Source: an uncultured Acidobacteriota bacterium (GTDB lineage Bacteria; Acidobacteriota; Thermoanaerobaculia; Multivoradales; UBA5704). From it: a stretch of 64,000 nt of DNA. The position numbers and the translations under genes are program-made. How positions within the stretch are numbered: position 1 is the first letter of the stretch; each line of letters opens with the position of its first letter. Positions 28,101 to 37,296 of the stretch are shown here, piece by piece. The stretch is taken from positions 2,752,001 through 2,816,000 of the forward strand of contig OY969474.1 in the NCBI GenBank assembly GCA_963700145.1, read 5' to 3'. The notes below the pieces were generated by a model. That model did not search any database. It was given only the letters and a program-made list of their open reading frames with translations, and was not told the origin of the DNA.

Positions 28101-28631
28101 ATCGAGATGAGCGAGACCCATGCCGCAGAGAACGTGAGGAAGGACCTCGCCGCCGGCTACGAGCGGATCGTCTGCCTCGTGGATGAGGCTGTGAACCTCG
28201 CGGGGCTCAGGACGAAGCTTGGCCCGCTTCCGCCCAGCGTCCTTCTCGGAGAGCTTCGGGCCTTCGAAGCGCTCCTCACCCCCCTCCTCCCCACCCATCC
28301 ACCCCTACGAGGGCCGAACCAAAACAAAGAACCAAGACGCCGGCGTCGTTACGCAGCCGGAGGAGCCGCGCCCCTTCCGCTTCACGCGACCACTCCTCAC
28401 AGCGGCGCCCCCGCCCTTTCCGATCCGGGCGCGCTCTCGACGCTTGCGGCGGCGGAGTACCTGGGACTCAGCCCCGCGACCCTGGAGACGCTGCGCTGCC
28501 GCGGCGGCGGTCCACCCTTCGTGAAGCTCGGCCGGCGCGTCGTCTACCGCCGGGAAGATCTGGAGGCGTGGCTCGCGGAGGGACGCCGCTCCTCGACAAG
28601 CGAAGACCCTAGCCGAAACCCGCGAAGGTGA
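25200..28631 (+). CDS. Large VirD4/HerA-like ATPase fused to wHTH, PD-(D/E)XK-like nuclease and C-terminal excisionase-like HTH
   Basis: GGSGTGKS, DPHGDL, LYIDEFH; RVDL..AVEIE; LSTLAAAEYLGLSPATLETLRCRGGGPPFVKLGRRVVYRREDLEAW. Confidence 0.88.
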   Translation: MLIDSRTVELTRRFYEWELRGRGWATYPYPVALEPPFQPFFSHHISTVVVDDGRRHSRLSSLIERLQGVQEAPRDLPAALPEPQTAADLRFDETALAEFVVALPEGTRVARGALLGFLRALASVGRRIAFELLGGDKRVEVRLAMARDDAPHVLGQLRAAFPAAVVVGAGESLREKWNKDEGAFVAIEFGLACEFMVPLSGRTSDEPLLPLIAALADVEAGELGLVQVLFEETREPWAASILRSVVTHTGQPFFADAPEVTALAKEKIASPLFAVALRIAGAAPRGDRAWDIVRRLAGGLAQFGSPRTNEFMPLPPSNPEVLAENLLNRTTHRPGMLLSAEELLSLIQLPGAGVQVPELWRGGQRSKRAPAEVSGPGCLLGRNEHAGESVEVRLPVDAKTKHVHVVGGSGTGKSTLLVRMILEDIEAGHGIGVLDPHGDLVDEVAARVPDSRLDDVVLFDPSNEETAVGWNILRAQSESEKDLLSSDLVGVFRRLSTSWGDQMTAVLGNAILVFLESERGGTLPDLRRFLIDESFRREMLGTVTDPYIRSFWQTEFPLLVGKRPQAPILTRLDSFLRSKLVRRVVTAAEPTLDFRKLTDSGMIFLGKLAAGAIGEENAALLGSLLVSKFHQVTLGREAQAIEARRPFFLYIDEFHHVATPSMASLFSGARKYRLGLTVAHQDLYQLHHSIPEVERALLGNAYTRICFRVGEDDARALERGFSFFTAEDLMRLGLGEAICRVGGRDRDFNLSVERLPALDPAEALGRRQALRDHSARRFARRPVEAPTMGDAPAPEAVTAPRSLDAPEVAPAPTPIRGEAVAEQVSRVEREPPIDKLTLDYLTLVASSPFLTVRERNRALGLSAWRGQRLKSAILRDALAQEVVVNPGGRGERFKLLDLTAEGRTLLARYGVSLSGGHGRGGLAHQWWAQKIAAWLAERGMDARIEDPSSGARVDLTFPLEGGSVAVEIEMSETHAAENVRKDLAAGYERIVCLVDEAVNLAGLRTKLGPLPPSVLLGELRAFEALLTPLLPTHPPLRGPNQNKEPRRRRRYAAGGAAPLPLHATTPHSGAPALSDPGALSTLAAAEYLGLSPATLETLRCRGGGPPFVKLGRRVVYRREDLEAWLAEGRRSSTSEDPSRNPRR

Positions 28632-28696
28632 TTGCTATGTGATTGCTGGCGGCAGGAAGTGCTATTGGGCGGATGATGCTAAGTACTTGATTATAC
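28628..28696. other. att-flank: tandem arm-type repeats and AT-rich box beside tRNA 3' end
   Basis: gtgattgct at 28628 and 28639; ctaagtacttgatt directly next to tRNA end. Confidence 0.55.
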
Positions 28697-28772
<76 letters not shown>

Positions 28773-28843
28773 ACGCGGAGAGGGGGCAGTGTAGTCGGCC
28801 GGGCTTGCACTGTCAAACACTTGGCTCGTAGATTGAGCGCCGC

Positions 28844-29338
28844 ATGGAGCGCGAGCTGCCGCCTTATACCGTCCCTGCCGGCACGGACATCGGGCACGTC
28901 CATCTCAAGGTGGCGGACATCGATCGGTCGCTCGAGTTCTACTGCGGGGTGCTGGGGTTCGAGCTGGTGATGCGCTACGGGCCGCAGGCGGCGTTCGTGG
29001 CGGCTGGGGGGTATCACCACCACATCGCCTTGAACACCTGGGAGAGCCGCGGCGGGTCGCCGCCGCCGCCGGGGCGGACGGGGCTGTACCACGTGGCGAT
29101 CCGCTACCCGACGCGGCCGGACCTGGCGGCGGCGGTGCGGCGGGTGCTGGCGGCCGGGGTCCGGCTCCAGGGGGCGGCGGACCACGGGGTCAGCGAGTCG
29201 GTCTACCTGGCCGACCCGGACCAGAACGGTCTCGAGCTCTACTGGGACCGGCCGCGCGAGGAGTGGCCGCGCCGGCCGGACGGCCTGCCCGCCATCTCCA
29301 CCGATCCGCTCGACCTCGAAGAGCTGCTGAGGAGCTGA
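28844..29338 (+). CDS. VOC family protein (catechol 2,3-dioxygenase-like)
   Basis: IGHVHLKV, GGYHHHIALNTW, GLYHVAI, DHGVSESVYLADPDQNGLELY. Confidence 0.92.
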   Translation: MERELPPYTVPAGTDIGHVHLKVADIDRSLEFYCGVLGFELVMRYGPQAAFVAAGGYHHHIALNTWESRGGSPPPPGRTGLYHVAIRYPTRPDLAAAVRRVLAAGVRLQGAADHGVSESVYLADPDQNGLELYWDRPREEWPRRPDGLPAISTDPLDLEELLRS

Positions 29339-29347
29339 GCGCGCGCC

Positions 29348-30202
29348 TCACTCGTCGCGCAGCGCCACCTTCACCCGCGCCCGCCCGAAGTACAGCTCGT
29401 CGCCGTGGCGGATGCAGACGCCGCGGCGGTCGTTGGCGCTGACTTCGATCGGGCGGCCGTCGCGGAAGATGCGCGTGCCGTAGGCGCTCCCCTCGTCGCG
29501 CAGCCAGTAGCACGCCTCGGCGGCGTCCCAGGTGATGCGGGCGTGCTCGCGCGAGACGGTCTGGTTGACCTCCCCCTCTTCGAGGAAGACGACGTCGTTG
29601 CGCCGCCGCACGCGGCCGTCGGCGTCGAGCACCTCGGCGAGGCGCCCGATCTGGACGCGCTCGGCGTTGGCCAGGTAGACCGGCTGCGACGCCGCGCCCT
29701 GCTGGACGGTGAGCACGAGGACCGGTCGCGCCGCTGGCGGCTCCGGCGCGCTCGGCGCCTCCGCGCCCACCGCCGCCCCCGCCCCCGCCGCCGCCCCCGC
29801 TCCCGCCGCCGCCGGCGCGGTCTTCTCCTCCCCGCGCTCGAAGGCTACGCGGTAGCGCGGCTCCCCCTCCGCCGCGCCCTCCCGCTCGCGCACCGCCACC
29901 TCGACCGTGAAGTCGTCCGGCACCCGCGCCCCCGCGGCCAACAGGCGCGCCCGCGCCTCGGCCGGCAGGTCCCAGGCCTCGCGCGCCAGCGCCTCCAGCA
30001 CCGCGCGCTCCTCCTCGTTCGCGGCGAAGAGGTCCACCCGCACGCGGCGGTAGGGGAAGAGGTTGCGGCCGCCGCCGGCGGGCACGACGCGGGCGGCGAT
30101 CTGGTCGAGGACCGCGCGGCGGACCTCCATCGGCTCGCTGCCGGCGATCCAGGGCTTGAGCCAGTGGCGGAGCTGCGCGATCAGGCTTTCGGGGTCGCCC
30201 AT
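29348..30202 (-). CDS. FHA domain protein
   Basis: IGR, VSREHARI, DEGSAYGT; start reassigned to ATG 30202 to avoid overlap. Confidence 0.88.
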   Translation of the reverse strand: MGDPESLIAQLRHWLKPWIAGSEPMEVRRAVLDQIAARVVPAGGGRNLFPYRRVRVDLFAANEEERAVLEALAREAWDLPAEARARLLAAGARVPDDFTVEVAVREREGAAEGEPRYRVAFERGEEKTAPAAAGAGAAAGAGAAVGAEAPSAPEPPAARPVLVLTVQQGAASQPVYLANAERVQIGRLAEVLDADGRVRRRNDVVFLEEGEVNQTVSREHARITWDAAEACYWLRDEGSAYGTRIFRDGRPIEVSANDRRGVCIRHGDELYFGRARVKVALRDE

Positions 30203-30212
30203 GGCCGCGATC

Positions 30213-33200
30213 CTATGGCGGGACCGCCGGCCGCGGCGCGGAGGTCGGCGCCGCCGCCTCGGCCGCAGTCCGCTTGAACAGACCCAGCTTCGCGGCGGCG
30301 CGCACGATCTCGCCGGCGGCCGGCGCGGCGAGCCGCCCGCCGTAGCCGCCGTGCTCGACGATGACCGCCACCGCCAGCGTGCGCACCGCCGGGCTGGCGA
30401 CACCGAACGGCGCGAAGCCGATGAACCAGGAGTGCGACTTCTTGCCCTGGACCTCGGCAGTGCCGGTCTTGCCCGCCATCGGCGGCTGGATGCCGCCGAG
30501 ATAGCTGGCGGCGGTGCCGGAGGTGACCACCGCGCGCATGGCGCGGGCCAGCAGCGCCGCCGACTCCGGCGGCAGGACCGCGACCGGATCGCCGCGCGGC
30601 GACACCGACTCGTCCGCCGTCCAGCGCGGCTCGGGCGCCGTGCCGCCGTTGGCCACCGCCGCCGCCACCCGCGCCATCTGCAGCGGCGTCGCCACGACCT
30701 GCCCCTGGCCGTACGCGGCCTGCGGCAGGGCGTCGGCGAGCTGCTCGGGCGTGTTGGGGCTGGCGACCGAGATCCCCAGCAGGCGCGCCGTCTCGAGCAG
30801 CGGCTCCGGCCCCACCTCGTAGGTGCCGAGCTGCGCGAAGTAGGCGTTGCACGACTGGCGAATCCCCTTCTCCAGGTTCACCCGGCCGTGCGGGCTGGTG
30901 ACGATGGGATCGTCGCGGATCGCCCGCCCCCAGCCGCGCACGCGGTTGCCCACCCGCCCGCCGCCCAGCGGCAGGCACTCGAAGACCACTCCCGCCACGG
31001 CGGGGTCCTTGCGCAGGCCGGCCATCGCGGTGACGATCTTGAAGGTCGAGCCCGGCGGGTAGATGCCGTAGCGGGCGCGGTCGAGAACGCCGCTCATCGG
31101 GTCGTCCGACGGCTCGACCGGCAGCCGCCGCGGCCAGGGGTAGGAGACCGCGGCCAGCAGCTCGCCGCTGCGGGCGTCGAGCACCACCGCCGCGGCGCCG
31201 TGCCCGGCCTGGGCGGCCTGGCGGGCGAGGATGTCGCCGGCCGCCGTTTGCAGGCGCGCGTCGATCGACAGCCGCAGCGTGCGGTCGCGGCGCAGCAGGC
31301 TCTGCACGTCCTCGGCCTGCGGCTTGTGCCGGTGGCGGAGGAGCGGCACCAGCTCGCGGTAGTCGCGGCGCACGACCGGCGTCGTCGAGCCGTCCGGCTG
31401 CTCGACCTCGACGACGGCGGCGAAGTCGTCCCACCCCTGGAGGCGCGCCGCGGCGTCGCGCTCGGCGAAGGTGGTGTTGCTCGCCGCCCAGTTGACGCGG
31501 TTCCGCAGGTCGCCCAGAAGATGGAAGGTGCGCCCGGCGAGCGGGTACTCGCGGTCGGCGGCGGTCGTGCCCGAAGCGAGGGGGCGGCCCTCGCGGTCGA
31601 CGATGGCGCCGCGCGGCAGCGTCTCGGCGACGCTCATCAGGCGCGGGTTGTAGACGAAGCGGCGGTTGCCGTCGGCCTGGAGGACGAGGGCGCCGCGCGT
31701 CAGGGTCTGGTCGCTGCGCACCAACTGCACCTGCGCGGCGCGCGCGGCGATGGCGACGGCCGGCAGGGCCAGCGCCACGGCCACCCAGCGCAGCGGCCGG
31801 CGGAAGGGCTCGGTGACACCCACTTCGCCGCGTTTGGCCGACACCGCGAGCAGGATCCCCGCCAGCAGGAAGTTGGCGAGCATGGCGCTCCGGCCGGCCG
31901 AGAGGAACGGCGTGACGACGCCGGTGAGCGGCACCACGCCGAGGACGCCGCCGGCGATGAGCACCACCTGGACGGCGAGGAGCAGCGTCGCCCCGAGCGC
32001 CAGGAAAAAGCCGTAGCCGCCGCCGGCGCGGCGCGCGGCGCGCAGGCCGCGCGCCACCAGCACGGCGTAGAGCGCGAAGACGGCGAGGAGGCCGAGGAAG
32101 CCCAGCTCCTCGCCGATCGCCGCCAGGACGAAGTCGGTGTGCGCCGCCGGCACGCGCCCGGGCTCCCCCAGGCCCGGACCGGTGCCGGCGATGCCGCCGC
32201 CGGCGAAGCTCCAGAGCGACTGCGCCAGGTGGTCGCCGCCGCGGAAGGGGTTGTCCCAGGGCGAGGTCCACATACCGATGCGGCCGGTGACGTTGCGCGG
32301 GTAGCCGATCCGGTAGCCGACCCAGAAGCCCACGACGAGGACGGCGACGCCGACGACCGCCAGCGTGGCGCGGCCGCGCGCCACGGCGTAGAGGATCAGG
32401 AAGAGGAGCGCCAGGATGAGCGCCGGCCCGAGGTCGCGCTGGAGGAAGAAGAAGAAGAGGACGATCGCGATGGCCAGGAGCGGCGGCAGCGCGTACTCGA
32501 GCTTCGGCGGCGCCAGCCGGCGCGGCAGCCAGGCGAGCCCAGCGCGCCGCTCGCGCAGCTCGCGCAGGAACTCCCAGCGCTCGACGAAGTAGCCGGCCAG
32601 GAAGAGGACGAAGAGGATCTTGATCAGCTCGACCGGCTGCACGCCGAAGAGGTTGACCTTGGCGTCGCTGCCCGCCGGGCCGCTGCCGAAGACGATGAGG
32701 ATGAGCGAGACCCCGACCGCGGCGAAGAGCGGCGTGTAGGTGAGGCGCGCCAGGCGGGAGCGCTCGAAGTCCACCAGGCTCGCGGCGAGGAGCAGCGCCA
32801 GGCCGGCGAGGATCCCCTGCGCCGAGGTGCGGAGGAGAGCCAGGTCGCGCAGCGGGTCGCGCACCGCGAGCATGACCATCAGGCCGAGGCCGGAGAGCAG
32901 GAGCAGGAGCGGCAGGAGGAGGTCGTCGCCTTCGAAGCGGCGGCGGCGCCAGACGATGTGGACGATGGCGAAGCCGGCGAGGGCGGCGGCGACCCAGCGC
33001 CAGGTGATCCCCTTGAACTCCCGCGCCGTGCGCACCACGAGGCGCTCTTCGAGGGCGCGCAGCTCGTCGCTGGTCAGGAGCGGGATGGTCTGGTCCCCGC
33101 GCCGCGCCTCCAGCCGCGCGTTGAGGCCGGTCAAGCGCGAGTCGTCCTCGATCTCCGCCGCCGGCACGCGCAGCCGCCCCAGCTCGCCGACGTTGTCGAC

Positions 33201-33530
33201 GCGCCCGCGCGAGATCCGCTCCCAGATCTTCTGCGCGATGAAGGCGCGCTCGGGGCGGTCCCCCATCTCGCCGAGGACGCGGACGAGGTCCTCCGGCCGG
33301 CGGACGGCGTTGAGGTTGACGACCTCGCCGGCGGCGAGGCGGGCGTCGTCGGCGGCGACCGACCGGGCGGCCGCGAGATAGGCGAGCACGAGGCCGAAGA
33401 GGACGACGGCCGCCGAGGCGAGGAGGAGCGCGGCCTCGCGGTTGCGCACGCCACGGCGCGCGCCCGGGGCCAGGCCGGCGTCCGCGTCGCGCGCCCGCCG
33501 CTCGGCGGCGGTCGAGCGGGTCACCGGCAC
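30213..33530 (-). CDS. Fused SEDS (FtsW/RodA) glycosyltransferase and class B PBP transpeptidase
   Basis: QPVELIK, QRDLG, PAAHTDF, PLTGVVTPFLS; PGSTFK, SCN, KTGT motifs. Confidence 0.93.
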   Translation of the reverse strand: MPVTRSTAAERRARDADAGLAPGARRGVRNREAALLLASAAVVLFGLVLAYLAAARSVAADDARLAAGEVVNLNAVRRPEDLVRVLGEMGDRPERAFIAQKIWERISRGRVDNVGELGRLRVPAAEIEDDSRLTGLNARLEARRGDQTIPLLTSDELRALEERLVVRTAREFKGITWRWVAAALAGFAIVHIVWRRRRFEGDDLLLPLLLLLSGLGLMVMLAVRDPLRDLALLRTSAQGILAGLALLLAASLVDFERSRLARLTYTPLFAAVGVSLILIVFGSGPAGSDAKVNLFGVQPVELIKILFVLFLAGYFVERWEFLRELRERRAGLAWLPRRLAPPKLEYALPPLLAIAIVLFFFFLQRDLGPALILALLFLILYAVARGRATLAVVGVAVLVVGFWVGYRIGYPRNVTGRIGMWTSPWDNPFRGGDHLAQSLWSFAGGGIAGTGPGLGEPGRVPAAHTDFVLAAIGEELGFLGLLAVFALYAVLVARGLRAARRAGGGYGFFLALGATLLLAVQVVLIAGGVLGVVPLTGVVTPFLSAGRSAMLANFLLAGILLAVSAKRGEVGVTEPFRRPLRWVAVALALPAVAIAARAAQVQLVRSDQTLTRGALVLQADGNRRFVYNPRLMSVAETLPRGAIVDREGRPLASGTTAADREYPLAGRTFHLLGDLRNRVNWAASNTTFAERDAAARLQGWDDFAAVVEVEQPDGSTTPVVRRDYRELVPLLRHRHKPQAEDVQSLLRRDRTLRLSIDARLQTAAGDILARQAAQAGHGAAAVVLDARSGELLAAVSYPWPRRLPVEPSDDPMSGVLDRARYGIYPPGSTFKIVTAMAGLRKDPAVAGVVFECLPLGGGRVGNRVRGWGRAIRDDPIVTSPHGRVNLEKGIRQSCNAYFAQLGTYEVGPEPLLETARLLGISVASPNTPEQLADALPQAAYGQGQVVATPLQMARVAAAVANGGTAPEPRWTADESVSPRGDPVAVLPPESAALLARAMRAVVTSGTAASYLGGIQPPMAGKTGTAEVQGKKSHSWFIGFAPFGVASPAVRTLAVAVIVEHGGYGGRLAAPAAGEIVRAAAKLGLFKRTAAEAAAPTSAPRPAVPP

Positions 33531-33564
33531 CGGCGCCCCCCCCGGCGGTCCGCTCCCGCCCGGC

Positions 33565-35511
33565 TCAGTAGCTGATCTCCAGCAAGCGGTCTTCGATCGC
33601 CTGGAGCTGCCGCTCGGCGCCGGCCAGGTTGCCGCGCACGTTGGCGTAGCCGCGGATCTGGTCGTAGAGGTCCACGGCCTGGAGGAGCTGCTCGCGCGCC
33701 TCCTCCAGCGCGTCCACCTCGCCCGGCTCGCCGCGCAGCGCCCCGGCGCGCGCCAGCAGCTCGGCGGCGCGCATGCGGTGGCCGTCGGCGAGCATCGCCC
33801 GCTCGCGCCGCCCCAGCCGGTAGCCGCGCTCGGCCAGCTCCTCGAGCGCGCCGCGCAGCTCGTCGAGGTCGAAGTCGAGGTAGGCGTAGACGCGGGCGAG
33901 GCCGAGCCAGGGGTCGGGCCAGTCGGGGTCGCGCCGCGCCGCGTCGCGGAAGCCGGAGACCGCCTCGCGCGTCTTGGTCAAGGCGTCGCGGCTCTTCCCC
34001 TGGTCGCGCAGCGCCTGCGCCTCGATGCGGTCGAGGTGGGCGCGCGCGTAGAGCATGCGGGCGCGGCTGCGGTTGTCGCTCCAGTCGAGCTCGACCGCGG
34101 CGCGCAGGTAGTCGTAGGCGCGCCGCCAGTCCCCTTCGCGCGTCGTCGGGTTGTCGCCGTGGTAGCTGGCGAGGATCGGCTCGGCGGCCACGACCAGGGC
34201 GTCGTGCAGCTCCTTGCGCGCGCCGCCGAGCGCCGGGCCGGCGAGGATCGACAGCCCGCCGATCTCGCGCACCCGGGTGGCCAGGGCCTGGAGGTCGGGC
34301 CGCGGGTTGTTCAGGAGCTCGCGGCGGATCTCCCGCGCCTCGCGCCAGACGTAGGCCTGGACGAAGCCGACGCCGGCCAGGGCGAGGAGGAGGATCGTGC
34401 GCAGCGTCCGCCGGCGGCGGCGCGGCGCGACGGGCGCGTCGCCGGCGGCCGGGGGCGGCGCGATGAGCAGCTCAGACTCAGACGTCGCAGCTGCTGCCAT
34501 CGCCGCGCCGGCGGCCGGCTCGGTGCGGCGGGTCGGCTCGGCAACCACCGCCGCCGCCGTCTCCTCCACGCGGTCGGTGCGCCGGGTCGCCCCCTCCACG
34601 ACCGGCTGCACCGTGCGGCGGGTCGCCTGCGGGTCGGGGACGGCGTCGGCGGCGAGCGGCCGTCCCTCGCGCAGCGCGTCGAGGTCGGCCTTCAAGTCGG
34701 ACGCCGTCTGGTAGCGCCCCGCCGGCGTGTACGCCAGCGCCTTGCCGAGGATCTGCTTGAGCCCGGGCGAGACCCCGGCCGGCAGCGGCCGCGGCGGGTC
34801 GCCGGCGCGGATGCGTCCCTCCAGCTCCTCGTCGCCGCCGGCGTAGGGCGGGTAGCCGGAGACCATCAGGTAGAGCACCACCGCCACCGCCCAGAGGTCG
34901 GACTGCGGATCGACCAGCCCCTTCTCCAGCCGCTCGGGCGGCGTGTAGGGAGGCGTGCCGAAGAGGTTGCGGGTGTAGCGGCGCTGCTGCGACAGGTGCT
35001 TGGCGATGCCGAAGTCGAGCACCCGCACCCGGTCGTCGCCCTGCAGGCGGATGTTCTCGGGCTTGATGTCGCCGTGGACGATGCCGTGCACCTCGCGGCC
35101 GTTGACCTCGGCGGTGTAGGCGTGGCACTGCTCGAGCATCTGGCAGAGCTGGTAGGCGATGTGGACGGCGCGCTCCTCCGACAGCGCCCCGTGCGCCAGG
35201 ACGCGCGCCAGGTCGCTCCCCTCGACGTACTCCATCGAGACGTAGAAGGCGCCCTCCAGCTCGCCGTACTCGTAGACCGCCGCCACCTGCGTCGCCACCT
35301 GCGCCAGCCGCGCCTGGATGCGGATGCCGGCCTGCTCGGCCTCCAGCATCTCGGCGTCGCTGGAGGGCCCGATCGGGATCACCTTGAGCGCCACGTTCGA
35401 GCCGCGCCGCGGGTCCCAGGCGAGGTAGACGTCGCCGTGGCCGCCGCGGCCGAGGAACTCCTTGATCTCGAACCGCCCGACCGTGCGCTGGAAGTTGAGG
35501 ACGCCGGCCAT
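33565..35511 (-). CDS. Hanks-type Ser/Thr protein kinase with TM and extracytoplasmic TPR region
   Basis: GRGGHG, VALK, HGDIKPEN, DFG, GTPPYTPPE. Confidence 0.95.
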   Translation of the reverse strand: MAGVLNFQRTVGRFEIKEFLGRGGHGDVYLAWDPRRGSNVALKVIPIGPSSDAEMLEAEQAGIRIQARLAQVATQVAAVYEYGELEGAFYVSMEYVEGSDLARVLAHGALSEERAVHIAYQLCQMLEQCHAYTAEVNGREVHGIVHGDIKPENIRLQGDDRVRVLDFGIAKHLSQQRRYTRNLFGTPPYTPPERLEKGLVDPQSDLWAVAVVLYLMVSGYPPYAGGDEELEGRIRAGDPPRPLPAGVSPGLKQILGKALAYTPAGRYQTASDLKADLDALREGRPLAADAVPDPQATRRTVQPVVEGATRRTDRVEETAAAVVAEPTRRTEPAAGAAMAAAATSESELLIAPPPAAGDAPVAPRRRRRTLRTILLLALAGVGFVQAYVWREAREIRRELLNNPRPDLQALATRVREIGGLSILAGPALGGARKELHDALVVAAEPILASYHGDNPTTREGDWRRAYDYLRAAVELDWSDNRSRARMLYARAHLDRIEAQALRDQGKSRDALTKTREAVSGFRDAARRDPDWPDPWLGLARVYAYLDFDLDELRGALEELAERGYRLGRRERAMLADGHRMRAAELLARAGALRGEPGEVDALEEAREQLLQAVDLYDQIRGYANVRGNLAGAERQLQAIEDRLLEISY

Positions 35512-35512
35512 C

Positions 35513-37195
35513 TCAGGGCTCCGGGGACGACGGCGGGGCCGGCGCGAGCGGCGCCGTCACCGCCGCGGCGCGGCGCGCGCCGCCGAAGGTGTTCCAGAGC
35601 CAGACCTCGTCGGCGTCCTCGGCGACGGCGAGGCGCACCTGCGGGGGACCGTTGCCTTCGATCCGGTTGCCCGAAAGGAGCGGCCGCCCCTCGCCGCGCA
35701 CCTCGACCCCCGGGCGCGGCGGCGGGCCGGCGCCGTTTCTGGCGATCAGGTTGTGGAGGAGCCGCGGCGCGGCGCCGCCGCGCACCAGGACGCCGGCGCC
35801 GGGGTTACCGTGCAGGTAGCTGTAGCGCACGGTCGAGCGGTCGCCGCCTTCGCTCTCGACCGCGGCGACGCCGGCGCCGGTGACCTCGACCTGCTCGACC
35901 GTGACGTCCGAGCCGGCGAGGCGGAGGCCGACCGCCAGCGGCGTCTCCGGCGCGCCGAGGATCTTGAAGCCGGCGAAGCGCGCGCCGCGCACGCCGAAGG
36001 CGGTCACCACCGGCGCCGGCCCCTCGCCCGCCGGCAGCAGCACGGCGCCGCGCGGCGCCAAGCTCACCAGGGCGACGCCGTCGCGCAGGCGGAGCGGCTC
36101 GCGGTAGAGGCCGGGGGCGACCTGCACCGTGTCGCCCGGCCGCGCGTCGGCGAGCGCGGCGCCGATCGTCTGGTAGTCGTCCTCGCCGGAGCCGACGCTC
36201 AGGATGTCCCCCGCGCCGCCACTGCCCCAGCCGAGGCCGCCGAAGCGCTGCGCGATCGCCCACGCCAGCCCCAGCCCCAGGGCGAGGCCGAGGAGCGTCC
36301 AGAGCAGCGCGCGGGCGCCGCGGCCGGAGAGCGCCCGCCGGACGCGGTCGAAGGCGCCGGGAGCGGCCTGCGCGCCGCCGCGCCGCGCGGTGTCCGCGCC
36401 GCGGCCCGCCGCCGCGCCCTTCCCCGCCGCACCGCTCTTGACGGCCTTGGCGAACCCCTCCCCCTCGACCAGCACGACCGACACGTTGTCGCGCCCCCCC
36501 GCCGCGTTCGCCGCCGCGACCAGCGCCTTGGTCGCCGCCGCCGGGTCGCCGGCGTGCTTCTCGACGATCGCCTGGATCTCGGCCCCCGGCACCAGGTCGG
36601 AGAGCCCGTCGCTGCAGAAGAGCAGCGCCGCGTCGCGCTCGAACGGCACCTCGAGGACCTCGATGAAATCGGCGTCGTCCGGCTGGTGCGGCGCCGAGCC
36701 GACGTCGCGGAAGATCTCGTTGCGCCGCGGGTGGCTCATCGCCTCGGCCTCGGAGAGCTCGCCCCGCTCCTCGCGCGCGCCGACCGGCGAGTGGTCGCTG
36801 GTGAGCTTCTCGAGGGCGCCGCGGCGGAGCCGGTAGAGGCGGCTGTCGCCGACGTGGCCGACCGTCGCCTGCCCGTCCTCGACCACCGCGACCGTGAGCA
36901 CGCACGACATGCCGCGCAGCCGCGGCTCGGCCTCGGCGCGCTCGAGGATCTGCCGGTTGGCGAGGGCGATCGCCTCGCGCACCCGGCGCGGCGGGTCGGT
37001 GGTGCGGCGGGACAGGCGGCCGCGCAGCACCTCCAGCGCCGTCTCGGCGGCGATCTCCCCGGCCGACTCGCCGCCGACGCCGTCGATCACCGCGAAGATG
37101 CCGCGCTCGGGGTCGCAGAGGACGCGGTCCTCGTTGTTGCCGCGCTCGCGCCCGGGATCGCTGAGCGCGGCGGCCGTCCAGTGGGTGGAGGCCAC
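35513..37195 (-). CDS. PP2C phosphatase with TM and right-handed beta-helix domain
   Basis: RGNNED, DGVGG, HVGDSR, CSDGL, GGRDN; TIGAALADARPGDTVQVAPGLYRE. Confidence 0.93.
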   Translation of the reverse strand: MASTHWTAAALSDPGRERGNNEDRVLCDPERGIFAVIDGVGGESAGEIAAETALEVLRGRLSRRTTDPPRRVREAIALANRQILERAEAEPRLRGMSCVLTVAVVEDGQATVGHVGDSRLYRLRRGALEKLTSDHSPVGAREERGELSEAEAMSHPRRNEIFRDVGSAPHQPDDADFIEVLEVPFERDAALLFCSDGLSDLVPGAEIQAIVEKHAGDPAAATKALVAAANAAGGRDNVSVVLVEGEGFAKAVKSGAAGKGAAAGRGADTARRGGAQAAPGAFDRVRRALSGRGARALLWTLLGLALGLGLAWAIAQRFGGLGWGSGGAGDILSVGSGEDDYQTIGAALADARPGDTVQVAPGLYREPLRLRDGVALVSLAPRGAVLLPAGEGPAPVVTAFGVRGARFAGFKILGAPETPLAVGLRLAGSDVTVEQVEVTGAGVAAVESEGGDRSTVRYSYLHGNPGAGVLVRGGAAPRLLHNLIARNGAGPPPRPGVEVRGEGRPLLSGNRIEGNGPPQVRLAVAEDADEVWLWNTFGGARRAAAVTAPLAPAPPSSPEP

Positions 37196-37200
37196 GCCGG

Positions 37201-37296
37201 CTACTCCCGGTCGGCGGCGGCCAGCCAGACGAAGACGCCGGTCAGCACCAGGAGCGCGGCCAGGAAGACCAGGCGGGCGGTGTAGAGGTCGGTCAC
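37201..37296 (-). CDS. 31-aa single-TM peptide
   Basis: GTGA overlap with upstream stop; MTDLYTARLVFLAALLVLTGVFVWLAAADRE; ends 5 nt before PP2C start. Confidence 0.65.
   Translation of the reverse strand: MTDLYTARLVFLAALLVLTGVFVWLAAADRE

Larger units (their letters stand above)
15298..28696. mobile_element. Core module of an integrative element abutting tRNA-Ala
   Basis: Recombinase, TOPRIM, helicase-like ATPase, iterons, XRE, two coupling-protein-like ATPases, Xis-like HTH; island probably extends left to or beyond window start. Confidence 0.8.

Noticed and set aside
30063-33575. 1170-aa + strand ORF and similar long overlapping ORFs (e.g. 43359-46136, 25191-27668, 33442-35883)
   Set aside because: Antisense or off-frame shadows of well-supported genes in high-GC DNA
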